NCBI GenBank assembly: GCA_001443455.1
Contig: LDXO01000001.1
Location: 3,102 to 67,101, forward strand
Reading direction: 5' to 3'
DNA from: Deltaproteobacteria bacterium CSP1-8
GTDB lineage: Bacteria > Desulfobacterota > Deferrimicrobia > Deferrimicrobiales > Deferrimicrobiaceae
DNA length: 64,000 nt
Shown here: piece after piece, positions 59,078-64,000 of the stretch
How the letters are laid out: each line of letters opens with the position of its first letter
How positions within the stretch are numbered: position 1 is the first letter of the stretch
Made by a program: the position numbers and the translations under genes
The notes under the pieces: model-generated
Databases searched by the model: none
What the model saw: the letters and a program-made list of their open reading frames with translations, nothing else
Told to the model about the DNA's origin: nothing

Positions 59078-59599
59078 ATGGACGCCTTCGCGGTGGCCAT
59101 CGCCACGGGGATCGTCCTCGGGACGGTTTCCCCCCGCCAGACCTTTCGCCTCGCGTGGCACTTCGGCTTATTCCAGTTCCTCATGCCCGTCGTCGGATGG
59201 ATGGCCGGGCTGTCCGTCGAAAGGTTCCTCTCCGCGTACGACCACTGGCTCGCCTTCGGCCTGCTTGCGGTCATCGGGGGAAAGATGATCTACGAGGCGA
59301 CGACGAGGGAGGGAAGGGAGGAGGCCGGACGCGACCCGACGCGCGGCGTCTCGCTGGTCGTCCTGTCCGTGGCCACGAGCGTGGACGCCCTGGCCGTGGG
59401 CTTGAGCCTGGGCGTTCTCCGCGTCGGGATCTGGTACCCCGCCGTGGTGATCGGAATGGTCGCCTGCTCGCTGACCGCCGCGGGGCTGCACCTGGGGCGC
59501 CGCATCGGGGAAACGGCCGGGAGGCGGATGGAAGTCGTCGGCGGGGCGATCCTGGTCGGTATCGGCGTCAAGATCCTTTTCGGGCATCTTTTCGGGTAG
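59078..59599 (+). CDS. mntP: Manganese efflux pump MntP
   Basis: 173 aa. Tandem 'MDAFAVA' / 'VDALAVG' DUF204 half-repeats. The N-terminus may be longer: the upstream in-frame 'TLAGIALGLA' is hydrophobic but no start codon was found. Confidence 0.7.
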   Translation: MDAFAVAIATGIVLGTVSPRQTFRLAWHFGLFQFLMPVVGWMAGLSVERFLSAYDHWLAFGLLAVIGGKMIYEATTREGREEAGRDPTRGVSLVVLSVATSVDALAVGLSLGVLRVGIWYPAVVIGMVACSLTAAGLHLGRRIGETAGRRMEVVGGAILVGIGVKILFGHLFG

Positions 59600-59828
59600 G
59601 CGGCCGCCCTGGAGCCTGCATGAGGACGATCTCCCATTCGTCCGCGTTTCGGTCGTACCGGAGAACGTACCGGTTCCCGTCCGAGGCGTCGAGCTTGACG
59701 TATTCGTGGTCCTCCCCCCTCCACCGGTCGAGGACGGAAGTGACCTCGAGGGGGCGCTCCCCCATGGTGAAGGACCGAGGCGTCTCTCCCGCGCAGTACC
59801 CCTCGTAGCAGACGACTCGGACCTTCAT
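59568..59828 (-). CDS. Hypothetical small protein
   Basis: 86 aa from 'MKVRVVCYEGYCAGETP' with a strong RBS GGGAGGAG. Overlaps the mntP 3' end convergently. No recognised family. Confidence 0.35.
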   Translation of the reverse strand: MKVRVVCYEGYCAGETPRSFTMGERPLEVTSVLDRWRGEDHEYVKLDASDGNRYVLRYDRNADEWEIVLMQAPGRPPTRKDARKGS

Positions 59829-60162
59829 CGCGCTCCTCCCGGCTTGCGCAGGGCCTCTCATAGATATTTTCTCACGGTTTGCCACGGGATGTCTTATGCA
59901 CCGGTTGCGGGGTAAAGGGACGTTCGTTTTTGCCGCTTCCGGAAACGGACCGCGGAGGGGTATCATCGTACAGGGCGATGGGGGAGAAGCCACGGGGCGC
60001 GATGCGTTCGCCCCGCGTCCGGGGCCGTCGGCAAGGGAGGGAAACCCCGGGGAAGGGCGATGATAAGATGAAGTCTGAAAACACGCGCGGTCAGGCTAAG
60101 TACTCCGCTTCACAAATATGGCAACGTATCCTTGCATGCCCCCCGTTGCCAAGGGGCGCAGC

Positions 60163-60345
60163 GGGGGATTCCTCGAAGCGGGGGGACATTCCTATATCGA
60201 GTTGTACGTTGAGGAGTGTCCCGCGAAAGGCGAAAATTGCGTCGAGCGGAATGGCAGCGAGCAGTCGCAGGTCGCGAGCGTAGCGGAGAGGAAGCCGCCC
60301 GCGAGCACCTGGCACCGGGAGGGGAAACGCCTCGGGCGTCGGCCC
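60163..60345. repeat. Composite P-G-T copy of the interspersed repeat family
   Basis: P hairpin 'GGGGACATTCCtatatcgagttgtacgttgaGGAGTGTCCC', then the G module 'aattgcgtcgagcgg...gcgagcgtagcggagaggaagcc', then T motif 'gatacgagaccgtaattacgagacgcagcac'. The spurious ORFs here share 'STRYRNVPP' with ORFs at the 5.8-kb copy. Confidence 0.7.
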
Positions 60346-60423
60346 GATACGAGACCGTAATTACGAGACGCAGCACTTAGCGGAACGCATCGTGTTTTCC
60401 ACACACCACGAAAGGGGAACGAG

Positions 60424-61113
60424 ATGAGGAAGAACCTGCGAAACAGGATTCTCGGCGCCTCATTGGCTGCCCTGCTTGTGCTCCCGGCCGGATGCGCCAC
60501 CAACCCCGACGGGACCACCGAGTACAAGAGGACCGCGATCGGCGCCCTGGCGGGCGGTGCGGTCGGCGCAGGGGCCGGCGCGCTCATCGGGGGGAAACGG
60601 GCCGGCCGCGGCGCGCTGATCGGCGGCGTGACCGGGGCGGTGGTCGGCGGAGCGATTGGCAACTACATGGACCGCCAGGCCGCCGAGTTGAAGAGGCGCC
60701 TTCCGGATGCGGCGGTGGAGCGGCAGGGGGACAAGCTCTACGTCGCCCTTCCCTCCGGGATCCTCTTCGACGTCGACAAGGACCAGGTTCGGCCCGAAGC
60801 CAAACAGTCGCTCACGACGGCTGCCGATGTGCTGATCAAGTACCCGGATACGTACGTGACGGTGGAGGGGCACACCGACTCCACCGGCTCCAACGAGCAC
60901 AACCAGTCGCTTTCCGAGCGCCGGGCGATGCGGGTCCGGGACGTCCTCGCCGATAGCGGGGTTCCCCCCCAGCGGCTCAGCGCGCGCGGGTACGGGGAGA
61001 CCGACCCGATCTCCGACAACTCGACGCCGGAAGGACGGCAGTTGAACCGGCGGGTCCAGCTGGAGATCCGGCCGAACGAGAAACTGCAGGCGCAGCAGAA
61101 GCAGGGGGGGTAG
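60424..61113 (+). CDS. OmpA-family lipoprotein (OmpA/MotB peptidoglycan-binding C-terminal domain)
   Basis: Lipobox 'LVLPAGC', glycine-zipper '[18 protein letters not shown]'. C-terminal OmpA-like block '[25 protein letters not shown]' and 'NRRVQLEI'. Confidence 0.75.
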   Translation: MRKNLRNRILGASLAALLVLPAGCATNPDGTTEYKRTAIGALAGGAVGAGAGALIGGKRAGRGALIGGVTGAVVGGAIGNYMDRQAAELKRRLPDAAVERQGDKLYVALPSGILFDVDKDQVRPEAKQSLTTAADVLIKYPDTYVTVEGHTDSTGSNEHNQSLSERRAMRVRDVLADSGVPPQRLSARGYGETDPISDNSTPEGRQLNRRVQLEIRPNEKLQAQQKQGG

Positions 61114-61205
61114 CCGCTTTCCCCCCGGCGCCCCTTTCCCCGCGAAGGGGGTTTCCGGGGGGACCCCCGCATTCCGTTCGGAAAACCGATCAGGGGGCGA
61201 CTCTC

Positions 61206-63224
61206 GTGGAGTACGGATCTCTTGCCTGGCGTTCGATCAACGCCATCCGGTTTCTCTCCGTAGACGCGGTGCAGAAGGCGAAATCCGGTCATCCCGGCAC
61301 TCCCATGGCGCTTGCCCCGCTGTCGTACCTTCTCTGGACGAGAACCCTCCGGTACAACCCGAAGAATCCGGACTGGCCCGGCAGGGACCGGTTCATCCTC
61401 TCCTGCGGGCACGCGTCGATGCTCCTGTACTCCCTGCTGTACCTCACCGGGTTCGACCTTCCCCTCGAGGAGCTCAAGGCGTTCCGCCAGTGGGGGAGCA
61501 AAACGCCGGGGCACCCGGAGGCGGGGCACACGCCAGGGGTCGAGGTAACCACCGGGCCTCTCGGGCAGGGGATCGGAAACGCCGTGGGGATGGCGATGGC
61601 GTCGCGGTTGCTGGCCCACCGGTTCAACCGCCCCGGGCACGAGATCGTGTCCCACCGGATCGTGGCGCTGTGCTCCGACGGGGACCTCATGGAGGGGGTT
61701 GCCTCCGAGGCCGCGTCGCTGGCCGGGTTCCACCGGCTCGGCAACCTCGTCGCCTTCTACGACGACAACCGGATCACGATCGAGGGGTCGACCGACCTGG
61801 CGTTTCGCGAGGACGTCGCCGGCCGGTTTCGCTCCTACGGCTGGAACGTCCTGACGGTCGCCGACGGGAACACCGATCTCGAGGGGACCTCGGCGGCGAT
61901 CGGGGCGGCCTTTGCGGAGAGGGAGCGACCGACGCTCGTGATCGTACGGACGAACATCGCCTTCGGCAGCCCGAACAAGCAGGACACCGCGGAAGCGCAC
62001 GGATCCCCCCTCGGGGAGAAGGAGGTGGCGCTCACGAAGGAGGCGCTCGGCTGGCCGAAGGAGCCGGATTTTTTCGTGCCCGTCGATGTCCTGGCGCACT
62101 TCCGGGAGGCGATTCCCCGAGGGGAGGCGATGGAGCGTGAGTGGCGCCTCAAGATGGCGGCATACATGAGCGCCCATCCGGACCTGGCCATGGAATGGGA
62201 ACGGGTCATGTGGGGGGATCTTCCGGAGGGTTGGGAGAAGGACCTCCCTTCCTTCTCCCCCGGGGCCGGCCCGATGGCGACGCGGAAGGCGTCGGGGAAA
62301 GTGATCAATGCGATCGCCCGGAGGGTCCCCGAGCTTGCGGGGGGGTCGGCCGATCTCGCCCCGTCCACGGAGACGCTGATCGAGGGAGGCGGGGAGTTCC
62401 TCCCGGACGCCTCTCCGGGGGGGAGGAACTTCCACTTCGGCGTGCGCGAGCACGGGATGGGGGCGATCCTCAACGGGATGTCGCGCCACGGGGGGGTGAT
62501 CCCGTACGGGGCCACGTTCCTGATCTTCTCAGACTATATGCGGGCCTCCATTCGCCTGGCGGCGCTTTCGGGTGTCCGGGTGATCTACGTCTTCACCCAC
62601 GATTCCGTGGGGCTCGGCGAGGACGGCCCCACCCACCAGCCGATCGAGCATCTGCCGTCGCTGAGGGCGATCCCGAACCTGTACGTCTTCCGGCCGGCGG
62701 ACGCCAACGAGACGGCAGCGGCGTGGAAGATGGCGATGGAGCGGTCCACGGGACCCTCCGCGATCGCGCTCACCCGGCAGAGCGTCCCGATCCTTCCCCC
62801 GGAGGAGGTGTTCCGCGATGGAAACGTATACCGGGGCGCGTACATCCTCAAAGAAGGGGGGAAGGGCCATCCCGCGGTGATTCTGCTGGCCTCCGGCTCG
62901 GAGGTGCACGTTGCCCTGGGGGCCGCCGAACTCCTGGAGACGGAAGGGATATCCTCGCGGGTGGTGAGCTTCCTTTGCTGGGAACGGTTCGAGGAGCAGC
63001 CCGACCTGTACCGCCAGTCCCTGCTTCCGTCGTCGGTTCGCGCGAGGGTTTCGGTGGAGGCGGCGGCGACCTTCGGGTGGGACCGGTACCTGGGCGGCGG
63101 CGGTGCCTCCGTGGGAATCGACCGATTCGGCGCCTCGGCGCCTGCGGCGCGCATCTTTCAGGAGCTGGGAATCACACCCGAAAACGTCGCGGCCCTGGCG
63201 AAGGCCTTGCTCGGGAAAGCGTAG
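61206..63224 (+). CDS. tkt: Transketolase
   Basis: 672 aa. TPP-binding '[18 protein letters not shown]', transketolase pyrimidine-domain and C-terminal-domain layout. Confidence 0.9.
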   Translation: MEYGSLAWRSINAIRFLSVDAVQKAKSGHPGTPMALAPLSYLLWTRTLRYNPKNPDWPGRDRFILSCGHASMLLYSLLYLTGFDLPLEELKAFRQWGSKTPGHPEAGHTPGVEVTTGPLGQGIGNAVGMAMASRLLAHRFNRPGHEIVSHRIVALCSDGDLMEGVASEAASLAGFHRLGNLVAFYDDNRITIEGSTDLAFREDVAGRFRSYGWNVLTVADGNTDLEGTSAAIGAAFAERERPTLVIVRTNIAFGSPNKQDTAEAHGSPLGEKEVALTKEALGWPKEPDFFVPVDVLAHFREAIPRGEAMEREWRLKMAAYMSAHPDLAMEWERVMWGDLPEGWEKDLPSFSPGAGPMATRKASGKVINAIARRVPELAGGSADLAPSTETLIEGGGEFLPDASPGGRNFHFGVREHGMGAILNGMSRHGGVIPYGATFLIFSDYMRASIRLAALSGVRVIYVFTHDSVGLGEDGPTHQPIEHLPSLRAIPNLYVFRPADANETAAAWKMAMERSTGPSAIALTRQSVPILPPEEVFRDGNVYRGAYILKEGGKGHPAVILLASGSEVHVALGAAELLETEGISSRVVSFLCWERFEEQPDLYRQSLLPSSVRARVSVEAAATFGWDRYLGGGGASVGIDRFGASAPAARIFQELGITPENVAALAKALLGKA

Positions 63225-63264
63225 AGGTGCTGTGCTTTCCGAAATACGGCACTGTGACCCGGGG

Positions 63265-63545
63265 CGCGGCGGGGGATTCCTCGAAGCATGGGCGGGGGCA
63301 CTCCTCTCCCGCATCCCGGTGGGCGGGGACACTCCTCAACGTGTAACTTGAGATAGGAATGTCCCCGGAGGGTCCCCGGGAAATCGCATCGAGCGGGCGC
63401 AGTTTCGCGGGTGCCGAAAAAGCGTAGCAAGCCGAAGGAGTGGGGGCGCAGTGAGGTTAAGCCACGAACGGAGCCCCCCTCCGAGGCTGCGGAGCGATCG
63501 CCGCCCGCGGGCCCCGGGCACGATACGAGGCCGTAACTACGATAC
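63265..63545. repeat. Composite P-G-T copy of the interspersed repeat family (P module inverted relative to the 60.2-kb copy)
   Basis: 'gggggattcctcgaagc' is shared with 60163. 'GGACACTCCtcaacgtgtaacttgagataGGAATGTCCCC' is the reverse complement of the 60181 hairpin. A diverged G module follows, then T motif 'gatacgaggccgtaactacgatacgctgcac'. Confidence 0.65.
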
Positions 63546-63593
63546 GCTGCACTAAGGAACCGGTATCGAATTTTTCCCGGGAAAGGAGCGTGC

Positions 63594-64000
63594 ATGGGAA
63601 CGAATCCTCTCGTGGAACTGCGGAAGCTCGGCCAGAGCCCGTGGCTGGACTTCATCGAGCGCGGGCTGATCTCTTCGGGAGGGCTGATGCGCATGGTGTC
63701 GGGAGACGGGATCACGGGGGTCACCTCCAACCCGACGATCTTCGAGAAGGCGATCTCCGGGGGCCGGGAATACGACCACCAGATCCGGGCCCTGGCGGAC
63801 CGGGGCACCGGCGTGATGGAAGCGTACAAGGAGATCGTGGCGGAAGACATCCGGAATGCCGCCGACGTGCTGCGGCCGGTCTACGACGCCTCTTCCGGTG
63901 CGGACGGCTACGTCTCCCTCGAGGTCGACCCGGACCTGGCGTACGACACCGACCGGACGATCGCGAGGGCGGAGGAACTGTTCCGGGCGGTTTCGCGCCC
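63594..64000 (+). CDS. tal: Transaldolase (3'-partial at window end)
   Basis: 'MGTNPLVELRKLGQSPWLDFIERGL...GVTSNPTIFEKAI' with RBS 'gaaaggag'. The frame is open to the window edge. Confidence 0.8.
   Translation, partial: MGTNPLVELRKLGQSPWLDFIERGLISSGGLMRMVSGDGITGVTSNPTIFEKAISGGREYDHQIRALADRGTGVMEAYKEIVAEDIRNAADVLRPVYDASSGADGYVSLEVDPDLAYDTDRTIARAEELFRAVSR

Noticed and set aside
60118-60360. 80-aa ORF (plus overlapping minus-strand ORFs) and the similar small ORFs at 5756..6382 and 24219..24446
   Set aside because: They lie entirely within copies of the interspersed repeat family. Their shared peptides ('STRYRNVPP', 'YASVARLAG') come from nucleotide repetition, not protein families.

Overview
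High-GC (about 65–68% by eye) bacterial chromosomal segment. The gene content points to an anaerobic, metal-respiring Deltaproteobacteria-like lineage (Desulfuromonadota/Myxococcota-like): abundant multiheme cytochromes, a MYXO-CTERM-like sorting tail, and a possible selenoprotein. Conserved housekeeping genes run left to right: yhaM-like exoribonuclease, tatD fused to a radical SAM domain, metG, PSP1/ricT, holB, tmk, nrdJ; then an M1 aminopeptidase, a 4-gene amino-acid ABC transporter, rtcA, rhodanese + SRAP, comA-like + MmgE/PrpD, PDH E1a/E1b/E2, an IS1595 insertion, ndh, metY, a PEP-binding protein, a Fic protein, gdhA, a secreted diheme/Ig-like protein, acnA, mntP, an OmpA-like lipoprotein, tkt and tal (3' partial). 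The main feature is a ~12.3-kb cytochrome island (11.5–23.8 kb) holding ~70 c-type heme motifs in two convergent operons. The plus-strand operon carries three tandem paralogous 'multiheme c + FdnI/HydC-like dihaem cytochrome b' (CbcL-like) modules, once as a single fused gene and twice as split c/b gene pairs, followed by an 18-heme NapC/NirT-like protein. The minus-strand operon is a Rieske-less split cytochrome b6/subunit-IV complex with a 9-heme and a 12-heme NapC-like paralog. A composite MITE/REP-like repeat family occupies at least six intergenic sites. Other notable items are a rhodanese with an in-frame TGA and downstream hairpin (candidate selenoprotein), a Fic protein with a His-to-Arg catalytic-motif substitution, and a perfect 264-bp intragenic tandem duplication. 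All functional calls rest on motif and family recognition by eye. No database search was run.
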